This document shows, one piece after another, positions 10,993 through 21,450 of a DNA stretch of 61,642 nt. The stretch lies in contig CAWJSK010000008.1 of assembly GCA_963845535.1 (NCBI GenBank), positions 1-61,642 on the forward strand, written 5' to 3'. Source of the stretch: an uncultured Spirochaetota bacterium. Lineage in GTDB: Bacteria > Spirochaetota > Spirochaetia > SZUA-6 > Fen-1364. The position numbers and the translations under genes are program-made. Positions within the stretch are counted from its first letter, which is position 1, and each line of letters begins with the position of its first letter. The notes beneath the pieces were generated by a model. That model did not search any database, was not told where the DNA came from, and saw only the letters and a program-made list of their open reading frames with translations.

Positions 10993-12276
10993 ATGGACGC
11001 ACGTCCCTCCTTTCCTCTCATGCAGAGCAGGCTCCTTTCGGGTCTCTCGGAAGAGCAGCTGGATTTGCTCGTGCCCTTGATGCAGCCGGAAGAGTTTGCA
11101 ACCGGCGAGGTGATTGTCCGTCAGTTCCTTCCGCCCGAGCGCGTATACCTTCTCATCGAAGGGCGCGTTTCCGTGAGGCGCATGGCGGGCCCGGATGAGG
11201 TCACGCTCGCGGAGTTGACGGCCGGGGACTTTTTCGGGGAGATGGGGGTCATCCGGGGAGCGCTCGCGCATTCCGCAAGTGTGGTTGCCGAATGCCTGGT
11301 GAAGACGCTTTCCCTGGGCAAAGATGACTTTTCCCGCCTGCTCATCGACTATCCCCCCATCGCCAGGAACATCCTCTCCAACATCGTGCTCCAGCTTCAG
11401 GACATGAACCAGCGCTTCATTGCCACGCTTCGCGCGGAGAAGGAGGTGCTGGAGCAGGAGGTCCGCGCAAGGACCCAGGAGCTGGAGGCAGTCGGGGAGA
11501 GGCTCCGCAGGGAGCTCGTGCTCGCCCAGACCATCCAGCGCAACATGCTGCCGGAAAAGTCAAAGAGCTTTCGCAGCGTGGCGGTCTCCACGGACTACGT
11601 TCCCTGTGAGGAGCTGGGGGGCGACATCACGGGAGTCTTCCCCGTGGATGAGAACCACCTCGCGGTGTATGGAGGCGATGTCTGCGGTCATGGGATCTAC
11701 GCCGCGCTCGTGATGAGCTACGTGAAGAAGCTCATCGAGACCTCCGTCAAACGGATGCTCATCAGCGGCCGCAGCGTCGTCAAGCCGCCCGGCCCCGTCC
11801 TTACGTCGATCAACCGCAGCTTTATCTCCGAGATCAGCCAGGGGGACCCGGAGATCTATCTGACCCTGTTTCTTGGCGTCCTCGACCAGCGGGACCTCTC
11901 CTTCGAGTACTCCTCCGCCGGCACGCACGTGTCCCCCCTTGTCGTCTCCGAGGGGCGGGCCGCCGAGCTTTTCGACAGCTCGGATTTCCCGGTGGGGCAC
12001 GTGCGCGACCACGAGTATGAAACCCGCAAGTACCGCTTTTCGCGCGGGGAAAGCTTCCTCTTCCTGAGCGACGGCGTGGTGGAGGCGCGCGGGGAATCAG
12101 GCGCTTTCGGCATGGCCAGGGTCAAGGAGGAAGCGCTCCGCGCGATGAGGGCGGACGGGAAGCTCGACGTGGAGGCGATTGTCGCCTCCGTGAGGTCCTT
12201 CCTCGGGGAAGCACCCCCCCAGGATGACATGTGCCTTCTTGCGATGTCATTCGCGCAAACGGACGCGCCGTCCTGA
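10993..12276 (+). CDS. cNMP-binding domain + coiled coil + SpoIIE (PP2C) phosphatase
   Basis: GDFFGEMG...SASVVA (CNB domain); AQTIQRNMLP, GGDI, GDVCGHG, SDGVVE and QDDM (PP2C). Confidence 0.9.
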   Translation: MDARPSFPLMQSRLLSGLSEEQLDLLVPLMQPEEFATGEVIVRQFLPPERVYLLIEGRVSVRRMAGPDEVTLAELTAGDFFGEMGVIRGALAHSASVVAECLVKTLSLGKDDFSRLLIDYPPIARNILSNIVLQLQDMNQRFIATLRAEKEVLEQEVRARTQELEAVGERLRRELVLAQTIQRNMLPEKSKSFRSVAVSTDYVPCEELGGDITGVFPVDENHLAVYGGDVCGHGIYAALVMSYVKKLIETSVKRMLISGRSVVKPPGPVLTSINRSFISEISQGDPEIYLTLFLGVLDQRDLSFEYSSAGTHVSPLVVSEGRAAELFDSSDFPVGHVRDHEYETRKYRFSRGESFLFLSDGVVEARGESGAFGMARVKEEALRAMRADGKLDVEAIVASVRSFLGEAPPQDDMCLLAMSFAQTDAPS

Positions 12277-15200
12277 TGGCAGACGGCGCTTGGCCCCGTT
12301 TGACCTCCCCGCGTCTGGTTTCCCTGCGATTGGAGGTGGCCCCTCGACGCGGTTTCGTGGACGGCAGGGCGCGCAAGCTTCTTCCCGCGCTGCGCCGCGA
12401 GCACCCGGCGGTCCGCGACGTCAGGATTGTGGACGTCTACCTTGTGCATGATGCTCCGGCACTGCGGCTGGAAGACGCACGGGAGGTGTTTTCGGACAGC
12501 GTGGCCCAGGAGCTGAGCGTCTCCGACTACGCGGCTCCTCCGGAGTGGGACTGCCTTGTGGAGGTCACCGTGAAACCGGGCGTGGCTGATCCTGTTGCGG
12601 CCACCGCCTTGCAGGCGCTGCGCGCCTTCTTGCCGGGCGTTATCCCGGCCCAGGCGCGCGTTCAGACCGCCACCCAGTACCTGCTGTGGATGGATGGGCC
12701 TGCGGTCCGCGTTGATCCTGATTCGTTGTCATCTTCCTTCTTCAACCCGCTCATCCAGTCAGCGTTCACTCTTACTCGCGCGCAGTGGGAGGCCGGCTCC
12801 CATCCTCCGACTTCCTATCCGCACGTCATGAACGCGGACCCGCCTGAGGTGTGCGTGATCGACCTCCAAGGTCGCGGTGATGATGAGCTTCTTGCGCTGT
12901 CACGCGACAGGTTGCTCGCGCTGTCTCTTCCCGAAATGAGGGCGATCCAGGGATACTTCGCCCGGGAGGACGTGGCCGGGCGGCGCCAGGCGCGCGGGCT
13001 CCCCCGGGCTGCCACCGACGTCGAGCTGGAGATGATTGCGCAGACCTGGTCCGAGCACTGCAAGCACAAGATCTTCAACGCCACCATCAGATACCGGGAG
13101 GGCGGCCGTGAGGAGACCATACGGTCCCTTTTTCGAACGTACATCATGGCCACCACGGAAGCGCTCAGGAAAAAGAAAAAGTTCCTTCGCTCTGTCTTTC
13201 ACGATAATTCCGGAGTGATCGCCTTTGATCGCTCCACGCTTCTTTGCTTCAAGGTGGAAACCCACAACTCCCCGTCAGCGCTGGACCCCTACGGCGGGGC
13301 CATCACGGGCATTGTCGGCGTGAATCGCGACATCCTGGGCACCGGGATGGGCGCGCGCCCCATCTTCAACACGGACGTCCTGTGCTTCGGCCCTCTGGGG
13401 ACGCCTGCCTCCGATGTGCCGGCAGGGCTCATGCATCCGCGGCGCGTGATGGAGGGAGTCCACCGCGGGATTGTGGACGGCGGCAACCAGTCTGGCATCC
13501 CCGTGGTGGCGGGCGGGCTCCTTTTCGATGACAGCTTCCTCGGCAAACCGCTCGTGTTCTGCGGGACAGGCGGCATTCTCCCCGCCCGCGTCCGGGGCAA
13601 GCCGGGCTGGGAGAAAAGCGTGCGGCCCGGCGACCTCGCGGTCATGGCGGGCGGGCGCGTCGGCAAGGACGGGATTCATGGCGCCACCTTCTCTTCGGAA
13701 GCCTTGAGTGAGAGCTCCCCCACCTCAGCGGTGCAGATTGGTGACCCCATCACGCAGAAGAAGATGCTCGACATGATCCTGGAGGCGCGAGACCTCGGCC
13801 TGTACCGGGGGCTCACGGACAACGGGGCCGGGGGGCTTTCATCCTCCCTGGGGGAGATGGCGTCCCTCTGCGGAGGGGTGAGGATAGACCTGGACAAGTG
13901 CCCGCTCAAGTACCACGGGCTCGCCCCGTGGGAGATCCTCGTCTCCGAGTCCCAGGAACGCATGAGCCTTGCCGTGCCGCCGGAGAGCGTCGGGGAGTTT
14001 CTTGCCCTTGCCGGCCGCAGGGACGTGGAAGCAACGGTTGTTGGTGAGTTCACCGGCACGGGGCTGGTGGAGGTGGCCAACCACGGAAAGACCGTGGGGC
14101 TCCTGGAGCTGGAGTTCCTCCATAACGGACTGCCCGTCATGGACCTTCAAGCGGAGTGGATACCGCCGCGTACGGAAAGCGCGACGGCGCGCCAGTCAGC
14201 GACATTGCGGCAGTCCGCGGCACTTCCCGGGGTTGAGGAGCTTCGCCCTTTCATGCTGGCGCTGCTCGCGGACCCGAACGTTGCGTCCCGGGAGGAATGG
14301 GTCAGGCAGTTCGATCACGAGGTGCAGGGCAGGTCTGTGGTCAAGCCTTTCGTGGGCCGGTTTCGGGACGCTCCCTCAGACGGCGCCGTGCTGAGGGTGC
14401 GGCCCGGCTCGACTCGCGGGATCACGGTCACGCACGGGATCTGTCCCTGGTACGGGGATGAGGACACCTACGAAATGGCGCGGTGCGCCGTGGACGAAGC
14501 GGTGCGCGCCCACGTGGCGCTTGGCGGAGAGCCTGAGGAGATGGCCGCGCTGGACAACTTCTGCTGGCCGGATCCGGTGGAGAGCCCTGAGACGCCGGAC
14601 GGAAAGCGCAAGCTGGCCCAGCTCGTCAGGGCCTGCCGCGGTCTTGCCGAGGCATGCCTCGGTTTCCAGCTCCCGCTGATCTCCGGCAAGGACTCGATGA
14701 AAAACGATGCAAGGGTTGCCGGCAGGAAGATTTCGATACGCCCTACGCTCCTCGTGTCGCTCCTGGGAATCATCCGCGACGTTCGGCGCGCGGTGACCAC
14801 GGACTTCAAGAGCGCAGGAGACTTCGTTTACGCGGTGGGCCGGACGCGCGGGGAGCTGGGCGGGTCCCGCTTCGAGAAAGCCGCCGGACGCCTGTTGGGT
14901 CCGGCGCCGGGCCTGCGGCTGGAAGAGGCGCGCGCTTGCTATCATCGACTTGCTCGCTCCATTCGGCGCGGCCTGGTCCGATCATGCCATGACCTGTCGG
15001 ACGGCGGACTCTGGGTTGCCCTGGCGGAAAGCTCGATGGGAGGCGGCTTCGGCGCTCGGATCTCCCTGGACAACCTCCCCGTATCGGAAGGCTGCGCGCC
15101 AGAGGCCGCGCGGCTCCTTTTTTGCGAGACTCCTTCGCGCTTCCTCGTGAGCGTGGCGCCCGAAGCGGACCGTGCGTGGCGAAGGAGCATGAAGGGGACG

Positions 15201-15326
15201 GCCTCCACGCCCATCGGAGAGGTGACATCGGACGCCGCGTTGCGCGTGCTCGATGGTGGCCGGGAGGTTGCTGCGGTCTCGCTTGCCGAAGCGCGCGCGG
15301 CCTGGCACGGGGAGGCGCGAACGTGA
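12276..15326 (+). CDS. purL: Phosphoribosylformylglycinamidine synthase, synthetase subunit (with PurS-like N-terminus)
   Basis: QTWSEHCKH, KVETHNSPS, DNGAGGL, SESQERM, SGKDSM and HDLSDGG. Confidence 0.96.
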   Translation: MADGAWPRLTSPRLVSLRLEVAPRRGFVDGRARKLLPALRREHPAVRDVRIVDVYLVHDAPALRLEDAREVFSDSVAQELSVSDYAAPPEWDCLVEVTVKPGVADPVAATALQALRAFLPGVIPAQARVQTATQYLLWMDGPAVRVDPDSLSSSFFNPLIQSAFTLTRAQWEAGSHPPTSYPHVMNADPPEVCVIDLQGRGDDELLALSRDRLLALSLPEMRAIQGYFAREDVAGRRQARGLPRAATDVELEMIAQTWSEHCKHKIFNATIRYREGGREETIRSLFRTYIMATTEALRKKKKFLRSVFHDNSGVIAFDRSTLLCFKVETHNSPSALDPYGGAITGIVGVNRDILGTGMGARPIFNTDVLCFGPLGTPASDVPAGLMHPRRVMEGVHRGIVDGGNQSGIPVVAGGLLFDDSFLGKPLVFCGTGGILPARVRGKPGWEKSVRPGDLAVMAGGRVGKDGIHGATFSSEALSESSPTSAVQIGDPITQKKMLDMILEARDLGLYRGLTDNGAGGLSSSLGEMASLCGGVRIDLDKCPLKYHGLAPWEILVSESQERMSLAVPPESVGEFLALAGRRDVEATVVGEFTGTGLVEVANHGKTVGLLELEFLHNGLPVMDLQAEWIPPRTESATARQSATLRQSAALPGVEELRPFMLALLADPNVASREEWVRQFDHEVQGRSVVKPFVGRFRDAPSDGAVLRVRPGSTRGITVTHGICPWYGDEDTYEMARCAVDEAVRAHVALGGEPEEMAALDNFCWPDPVESPETPDGKRKLAQLVRACRGLAEACLGFQLPLISGKDSMKNDARVAGRKISIRPTLLVSLLGIIRDVRRAVTTDFKSAGDFVYAVGRTRGELGGSRFEKAAGRLLGPAPGLRLEEARACYHRLARSIRRGLVRSCHDLSDGGLWVALAESSMGGGFGARISLDNLPVSEGCAPEAARLLFCETPSRFLVSVAPEADRAWRRSMKGTASTPIGEVTSDAALRVLDGGREVAAVSLAEARAAWHGEART

Positions 15327-16138
15327 GCCGGGTGAGAGCCTGCGTTGCCACCGGGTTCGGCGTCAACGCGGATGAGGAGCTGGCCCTGGCCTTCGAGATG
15401 GCGGGAGCGCAGGCGGTGCGCACCCACGTCCGTGACCTCGCGGAAAATCCCGGGCAGCTTGACGGCTTTCAGATCCTGGCATTCCCCGGCGGGTTTTCCT
15501 TCGGAGATCACCTGGGCTCCGGGAAAGTCTTTGCCACCCTCTTTCGCGGCAGCCTGGGCGCGGCCCTGGAAAAGCTCGTTTCACGCGGGGGCCTTGTCAT
15601 TGGCGTCTGCAACGGGTTTCAGGCCCTGGTGAAGATGGGTTTCCTGCCGGACCTCAAAGGCGCGCACTGCCAGGAAGTCTCCCTGATCCACAACGACTCC
15701 GGCAGGTTCGAGGATCGATGGGTGCGGGTCTGGTTTGAAAAGAGCTGCCCCTGCCTCTGGACGCGCGGCCTCTCTGAGATGGACCTGCCCGTCCGCCACG
15801 GCGAGGGCAAGCTCGTGGTCCTGTCACCGCAGGTGTTGACGGAGATCGAGTCACGCGGCCTCGTTGCCCTGCGCTACATCGGGCGCGACGCAGCCGGGAC
15901 CGTGGAATACCCTGATGACCCCAACGGGTCGGTGAATCACGTGGCGGGGCTCTGCGACCCTACTGGCAGGGTGTTTGGTCTGATGCCGCATCCGGAGGCT
16001 TTTCTCTACTCTGAAAACCATCCGGAGTGGACGCGGTTGCCGCTCGCACCGCATGCCCCGCGTGGCCGTCGCCCAGAGGGGCAGGGACTGGCCGTCTTCC
16101 GGAACGGCGTGAACGCCGCGCGGGCGGCCCTGTCTTGA
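15323..16138 (+). CDS. purQ: FGAM synthase glutaminase subunit
   Basis: PGGFSFGD, GVCNGFQ, HGEGK and MPHPE; GTGA overlap with purL. Confidence 0.96.
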   Translation: MSRVRACVATGFGVNADEELALAFEMAGAQAVRTHVRDLAENPGQLDGFQILAFPGGFSFGDHLGSGKVFATLFRGSLGAALEKLVSRGGLVIGVCNGFQALVKMGFLPDLKGAHCQEVSLIHNDSGRFEDRWVRVWFEKSCPCLWTRGLSEMDLPVRHGEGKLVVLSPQVLTEIESRGLVALRYIGRDAAGTVEYPDDPNGSVNHVAGLCDPTGRVFGLMPHPEAFLYSENHPEWTRLPLAPHAPRGRRPEGQGLAVFRNGVNAARAALS

Positions 16139-16164
16139 CAGTGCGCTGGCCCTCTTCGTATGAT
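16135..16164 (+). promoter_or_regulatory. sigma70-type promoter of tRNA-Ala
   Basis: TTGACA-N18-TATGAT. Confidence 0.65.
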
Positions 16165-16199
16165 GCCTACGGTTCGCGGCAAGGGCCGTGACGCGAAAC

Positions 16200-16273
16200 G
16201 GGGGCGTAGCTCAGTTGGCTAGAGCGCTTGAATGGCATTCAAGAGGTCGTGGGTTCAATTCCCGTCGCCTCCA
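16200..16273 (+). tRNA. tRNA-Ala (GGC)
   Basis: GGGGGCGTAGCTCAG...CTTGAAT-GGC-ATTCAAG...GGTTCAATTCCC...CGCCTCCA with the G3:U70 pair. Confidence 0.97.
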
Positions 16274-16283
16274 CTAACCCACA

Positions 16284-17960
16284 ATGGATGACAAGGCAAA
16301 AGAGTCGACAGCACAGAGTGAGCTTGATCCTGATCTTGCAGAGCTGCTCGACATAGAAGTACCCAAACCCGCTCCTGAGCCTGCTCACGGGGAAAGCGGC
16401 CCCGACTTCCGCACTCTCTTCGGTGAGGAGAGGGCCACCCAGGAAGCGGAGAAACCTCCCGCTGAACAGGTGGACACCACTCGCAAGAGCTTCCCCATCA
16501 TCGTCAAGCTGGAGGAAGAGCCCAAGCCGTTCTTCCAGGACAAGGACTATTACAAGAAAGTCCTTGCGGGGGAGGGAGAGGCGGGTCCCCGTCTGCATGA
16601 CCTTCTGGGCAAGTTCATGAAGGCGGAAGACCCCGAGGAAAAATCCCATTTCCGCGCGCAGCTCATCTCCGCGTTCTGGGAGCTCGGGTCCGCGGTGGCA
16701 TATCGGGCCAACCGCGAGCTGATCATCCCCAAGAGGTTGTTCCTCCGGTATGGAATCCTTTCACCGGGGTTCCTCTCCCCTGAGCACCGGGACGTGGTCT
16801 CCAGGATCATTCACGGGAACACCACCGGAGAGCCCGTCTACTACGCGGATGAGTGGCTGGAGATGATTGCCCGGGGGCAGGTGCGGACTTCAGCCGTCGA
16901 CGAGCTGAAGCAGAAAACCAAGGACACGGGACAGAAGATCCTCGACGCGGTGGAGAAGAGGAGAGGCCAGCGTGACAGCGAGCTGGCCATCCTGCGGGCA
17001 AAGATCGGCCAGCTTGATGAGCGTGAGGAGCAACTCCGCTCCCAGGTGGACATGCTTCTTCGCCACGACCGTTTCGAGGAATTGGGAGGCCTGAAAGCGC
17101 CGTTCAACCAGGCGCAGAAAGCAGCCCTTGCCCAGATCCAGGAAGTGCTGCGGCAGCTTTCAGGGCTCGACGCGCAGATAGCAACCTCGTACGCAGACCT
17201 CGGAAACATCGAAAAGGACCTCGAGTCACTCAGCCACAAAACGGAAGGGATCAGCGCCTCCGGCGTCGTGGACGCCAAGGCGGTGATCGACGAGTGGGCC
17301 TGCATCAGGCAGATGGCCAAGATGTGCGTCGGGCGCCAGGGGAACCATTTCCCCATTTTCCTGGCCCAGTTTGTCAAGCCCAACATACGGGAGATCGGGA
17401 CGCGGGAGAACGTGATCAGGGAAATGGCGCAAGTGGAGGCGCTTGATCCGGGACTTTTCCTCAGGACGTACAAGAGCCAGACCACCCGCATCGTTCCCAA
17501 TATCATCCTCGTTGCCTGCTATGGCGACTCGGGGGTCTGCTGGGAGCCTTTCGAGAAGTTCAACCGGGCCACAAGCAGGGGCCGGGTTGCCATCCCCACT
17601 TTCCCGACCAAAAGCGTTCCGCTGGCGGTCCTCACGGCCATGGCGGACCTTCGCTGGCAGGTTGCCAAGGAGAGGGCTGCCTACTACTGGATGGAAGAGG
17701 GCATCACCGGCAAATACTACCAGTGGTTCACCGAGCGGAAGCTGCGCGGAGACGTGCGGGAATACTTCATCCGGGACTACGCTTTGTGGATCAACAAGGA
17801 AAGCCAGGGGATGCAGAAGCTGGACAAGGACGTGCGCGGGATTTTCTGGCGCATGATGCCGTTTCCCCAGCACATCAAGGACAATCTTCGAAACCGCGGA
17901 TTCGTGTATAACGACCTGTACAAAAAAGACCAGAATATCGCCAAGTCCGATGGATATTGA
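16284..17960 (+). CDS. Hypothetical cytoplasmic protein with central coiled coil
   Basis: 558-aa ORF with host-like codon usage; no recognised catalytic motif. Confidence 0.8.
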   Translation: MDDKAKESTAQSELDPDLAELLDIEVPKPAPEPAHGESGPDFRTLFGEERATQEAEKPPAEQVDTTRKSFPIIVKLEEEPKPFFQDKDYYKKVLAGEGEAGPRLHDLLGKFMKAEDPEEKSHFRAQLISAFWELGSAVAYRANRELIIPKRLFLRYGILSPGFLSPEHRDVVSRIIHGNTTGEPVYYADEWLEMIARGQVRTSAVDELKQKTKDTGQKILDAVEKRRGQRDSELAILRAKIGQLDEREEQLRSQVDMLLRHDRFEELGGLKAPFNQAQKAALAQIQEVLRQLSGLDAQIATSYADLGNIEKDLESLSHKTEGISASGVVDAKAVIDEWACIRQMAKMCVGRQGNHFPIFLAQFVKPNIREIGTRENVIREMAQVEALDPGLFLRTYKSQTTRIVPNIILVACYGDSGVCWEPFEKFNRATSRGRVAIPTFPTKSVPLAVLTAMADLRWQVAKERAAYYWMEEGITGKYYQWFTERKLRGDVREYFIRDYALWINKESQGMQKLDKDVRGIFWRMMPFPQHIKDNLRNRGFVYNDLYKKDQNIAKSDGY

Positions 17961-18002
17961 CGCGGCTTCGGCACGCAGGCCCCTGCGCGGCCGCGGCGCC
18001 TC

Positions 18003-18518
18003 TCACATATAGGTCACAACCGCCGAAAGCTCTTTTCTTTCCTTGCGAATCTTTCTCTTGTATCCCGACCGTGGATATCCCAGGGGGCTGATCGTGTAGA
18101 CCCTTTCATCCGGGCCAAGACCGAGCGCGAAGCGCAGGATGCTCGGGTCATATGCGGCAATCCAGCAGCTTCCGACTCCCTCGTTCTCCGCGGCAAGGAT
18201 CATGTGGTCCATGGCGATGGTCAGGTCAGTCTCTATGGAATTGTAGCCGTCCTGCCGGGTCCACGCGTCCCCCACCTTGCCCACCACCACGAGCACGTGC
18301 GGCGCGTCCTGGAACCAGGGACGGGGATAGCACTTCTTCAGCTTCAGGAGACTCTCTCGAGAAGACACGACGACGAACCGCCAGGGCTGCTTGTTTGCGG
18401 CCGAGGGCGCAACCCGCCCCGCCTCCAGGATCCGCTCGAGCACCAGCTTGTCCACCGGCTTTGTCGGGTCATAGCTGCGAACGCTCTCTCTCCCGCAGAT
18501 GACGTCCCTGAAGTCCAT
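18003..18518 (-). CDS. Nitroreductase family protein
   Basis: RESVRSY, APSAANKQPW and GVGSCWI. Confidence 0.92.
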   Translation of the reverse strand: MDFRDVICGRESVRSYDPTKPVDKLVLERILEAGRVAPSAANKQPWRFVVVSSRESLLKLKKCYPRPWFQDAPHVLVVVGKVGDAWTRQDGYNSIETDLTIAMDHMILAAENEGVGSCWIAAYDPSILRFALGLGPDERVYTISPLGYPRSGYKRKIRKERKELSAVVTYM

Positions 18519-18537
18519 GTACTCCTCCGAAAGTGTT

Positions 18538-18804
18538 TCAGCCCTTCCTTTTTCCCTTGAAGAGCTGCGGTATGTGCTTCTCAAGCTGAAACCGCACCGT
18601 CACTTTTTTCATGACCCATGCGTAAATCATGAACGTGAGCACGATGGAAGCGATAAGGCCGATGAACAGGATTGCCATGGACACCGCCTGGACCGGCACC
18701 AGGCGCGCGGCGATGACGAAGATCACGATGAGCACCGCCATCACGGCAAGGTTGAACACCGTGGCAGCCAGGAAGAAAAGCACCATCTTCGAACCAGAGC
18801 TCAT
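18538..18804 (-). CDS. Small two-TM membrane protein co-transcribed with lspA
   Basis: MSSGSKMVLFFLAATVFNL...; AGGAGA RBS and ATGA overlap with the lspA stop. Confidence 0.75.
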   Translation of the reverse strand: MSSGSKMVLFFLAATVFNLAVMAVLIVIFVIAARLVPVQAVSMAILFIGLIASIVLTFMIYAWVMKKVTVRFQLEKHIPQLFKGKRKG

Positions 18805-19310
18805 GTGGTCTCCTTCGAAGGCCGTGACGGGATGAGAAACGATATGAAAAGGAGGATGCCGGAAACCACCACGGTTGCATCCGCAAGGTTGAACGTGGGC
18901 CATCGCTCCATCCCCAGGATCCCGTAGAAGCGGAAATCCAGGAAATCCACCACGCCGGCGGGGCGGAATATTCGGTCCACGTAGTTCCCCAGCCCCCCGC
19001 CCAGCAGCGCGGCAAACGTCCATCTCTGGAAACCCGTGAGCTTCTCCCGGGTGAAGAGGTAGTAAAGCAAGAGCAGCGCAATCACGAGCAGGGGAAGAAA
19101 GCCGAAAAGAGTCCTCTGTGTCCCTGCCGCGAGGTTTCGGCCAATGCTGAACGCGATGGCCGGGTTCTGGACGTGGATGATGCGGAAGAAGTCGTCGATC
19201 ACCGTCACGCTTCGGCCCGTTGGCACGGTGAGAGTTACGATGAGCTTCGTTGCCTGGTCCAGCAGGATTATCCCCGCCGAAAGGACGAGCGAAACGAAAC
19301 GAGGTTTCAT
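18801..19310 (-). CDS. lspA: Lipoprotein signal peptidase II
   Basis: LDQATK, NPAIAFS, GGLGNYVDR, VVDFL and FNLAD. Confidence 0.96.
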   Translation of the reverse strand: MKPRFVSLVLSAGIILLDQATKLIVTLTVPTGRSVTVIDDFFRIIHVQNPAIAFSIGRNLAAGTQRTLFGFLPLLVIALLLLYYLFTREKLTGFQRWTFAALLGGGLGNYVDRIFRPAGVVDFLDFRFYGILGMERWPTFNLADATVVVSGILLFISFLIPSRPSKETT

Positions 19311-19337
19311 GTCTCTTTTCTGCGCGTTCAAAAGCAT

Positions 19338-20132
19338 TTACAACCCCGTGGGAACGTCGATGTACACGGTACCAAGTCCGGTTTCCCGAGCAAGTCTTTG
19401 CGTGAGCAATCTGACACCGAAGGTTTCTGACTGGTAATGCCCGGCAAAGATAACATGGATGCGCGATTCGAGGCAATGGTGGTATATCGAGTGAAGCGGT
19501 TCCCCCGTGATGAAAAGGTCGAGGCCCTCGTCCACCGCCTGAGTGACTTCCCGCGCGGCGCCGCCGGAGATGATACCCACTTTGCTCACAAGCTCGGGGC
19601 CAAAAGGCAGCGTCCTCAATTGTTCACCCTTTCCGCTCTGCCCGCCCTGTCCTCCGGAGCCCTGTCCTCCGGTGAGGCGGAGGACCACCTCATCCAGCCG
19701 AGCGGGGACCGGCAGCGTGCCCTTGTACCCGATCTTCGTTCCACGGTACGAACCGAAAGGCTCCACATTTTGAAGCCCAAGATGATTTGCAATGCCGATG
19801 TTGTTTCCCACCTCAGGGTGCTGATCCAGAGGGAGATGGGCCGCATACAGCGCCAGATCGCCCTCCATGAGGGCCCGCAGGCGCTCGTAGAAGGCGCCCA
19901 CGAAGCGCTCCTGCCTGTCCCACAGTATCCCGTGATGGACAAAAAGCATCTGGGCGCCCTGCTCGATGGCGCGGCGGAACGTTCCCAGGGACGCATCCAC
20001 GGAAAATGCCACTTTGGTCACTTCCTGTGCCTTGCGTGCCACCTGGAGGCCGTTTCGGCTCGCATCGATCTGTTCGAATGAGTCCAGATCGAGGTATTTC
20101 CGAAGCCACGCGTCGAGATCAGAGAGTTTCAT
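19338..20132 (-). CDS. Nif3-like dinuclear metal center protein
   Basis: NGLQV, VHHG, HLPLDQH and GHYQSE. Confidence 0.93.
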   Translation of the reverse strand: MKLSDLDAWLRKYLDLDSFEQIDASRNGLQVARKAQEVTKVAFSVDASLGTFRRAIEQGAQMLFVHHGILWDRQERFVGAFYERLRALMEGDLALYAAHLPLDQHPEVGNNIGIANHLGLQNVEPFGSYRGTKIGYKGTLPVPARLDEVVLRLTGGQGSGGQGGQSGKGEQLRTLPFGPELVSKVGIISGGAAREVTQAVDEGLDLFITGEPLHSIYHHCLESRIHVIFAGHYQSETFGVRLLTQRLARETGLGTVYIDVPTGL

Positions 20133-20162
20133 GATGGATTTCAGTATAGCGAAAAGGGCCTC

Positions 20163-20191
20163 TTGACGACACAGCCGTCCTGGGGCAGAAT
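20163..20191 (+). promoter_or_regulatory. sigma70-type promoter of the acyl-CoA dehydrogenase/etf operon
   Basis: TTGACG-N17-CAGAAT. Confidence 0.5.
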
Positions 20192-20239
20192 GCTTACCAT
20201 ACCGAAACAGTAAAGATTGCCGTTAAGAGGAGACCTCAC

Positions 20240-21440
20240 GTGAACTATTTCCTCACAGAAGAGCAGACCATGATCCGCGATCTGGCCGCTCAGATTGCGC
20301 GAGAAAAGATTGCCCCGCGCGCCGCAGAGCTGGATGAGTCCGGCGAGTTCCCCTGGGACGTGGTGCAAGCCATGGGAAAATCGGACCTTTACCGCGTGTT
20401 CATCCCGACCGAGTACGAAGGACTGGGCGGGGGCTGCTTCGAGATGTGTCTGGCGGTGGAAGAGCTGTCCAAGGCATGCGGCGGTATCTCGCTCTGCTAC
20501 GCCGCGTCGGCCCTCGGCACCATCCCCATCATCCTGTTCGGTTCCGACGAGCAGAAGAAGAAGTACCTGCCCAGGCTTGCATCAGGTGAGATCATCGCCG
20601 CTTTCGGCCTCACCGAGCCCAACGCGGGAAGCGACGCCGCGGGCATCAAGACCACTGCGCGCGCGGACGGGGACTCACTACGTCATCAACGGTACAAAGC
20701 AGTGGATCACCAATGGCGGGGAAGCTTCCATCTACACCGTGATCGCGCTGACTGATCCCACGCGAGGGGTCCGCGGGACCTCCGCAATTCTCGTGGAGAA
20801 GGGCACTCCGGGCTTCGAGTTCGGAAAGAAAGAGAACAAGATGGGGATCAGGGCTTCCGCGACACGGGAGCTCGTGTTCCAGGATTGCCGGGTGCCCAAG
20901 AGCAACGTGCTCGCCAAAGAGGGCATGGGGTTTCTCGTGGCCATGCGGACGCTGGACCAGTCACGGCCGGGCGTTGCCGCGCAGGCGGTGGGCATTGCCC
21001 AGGGCGCCCTGGACAAAGCCATAGAGTATTCCCGGGAGCGCAAGCAGTTCGGCAAGTCCATATCGTCTTTTCAGGGAATGCAGTTCCTCCTTGCCGACAT
21101 GGCCACCCAGGTGGAAGCGGCCCGGGCGCTGACCTACGCCGCGGCGCGGGCCATCGACGGCGGAGAGAAGGACGTGTCGCGCATGTCCGCCATGGCCAAG
21201 GTCTTTGCCTCAGACACGGCCATGAAGGTGACCACGGACGCCGTCCAGGTGTTCGGCGGCTACGGCTACATGAAGGAATATCCCGTGGAAAAGATGATGC
21301 GGGACGCCAAGATCACCCAGATCTACGAAGGGACAAACCAGATCCAGCGTGAAGTGATTGCCCTGAACCTGATCAAGGAGAGCGTTCGGGGCGCTGCCCG
21401 GGCTTCAAGCGGGGGCAACAGCTCGGCTGCCAAGAAGTGA
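20240..21440 (+). CDS. Acyl-CoA (butyryl-CoA-like) dehydrogenase; one +1 frameshift near 20670-20680 (probable sequencing error)
   Basis: [12 protein letters not shown] in ORF 20240-20755 continues as [13 protein letters not shown]...[14 protein letters not shown] in ORF 20295-21440. Confidence 0.93.
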
Positions 21441-21450
21441 GGGTCCGGGC

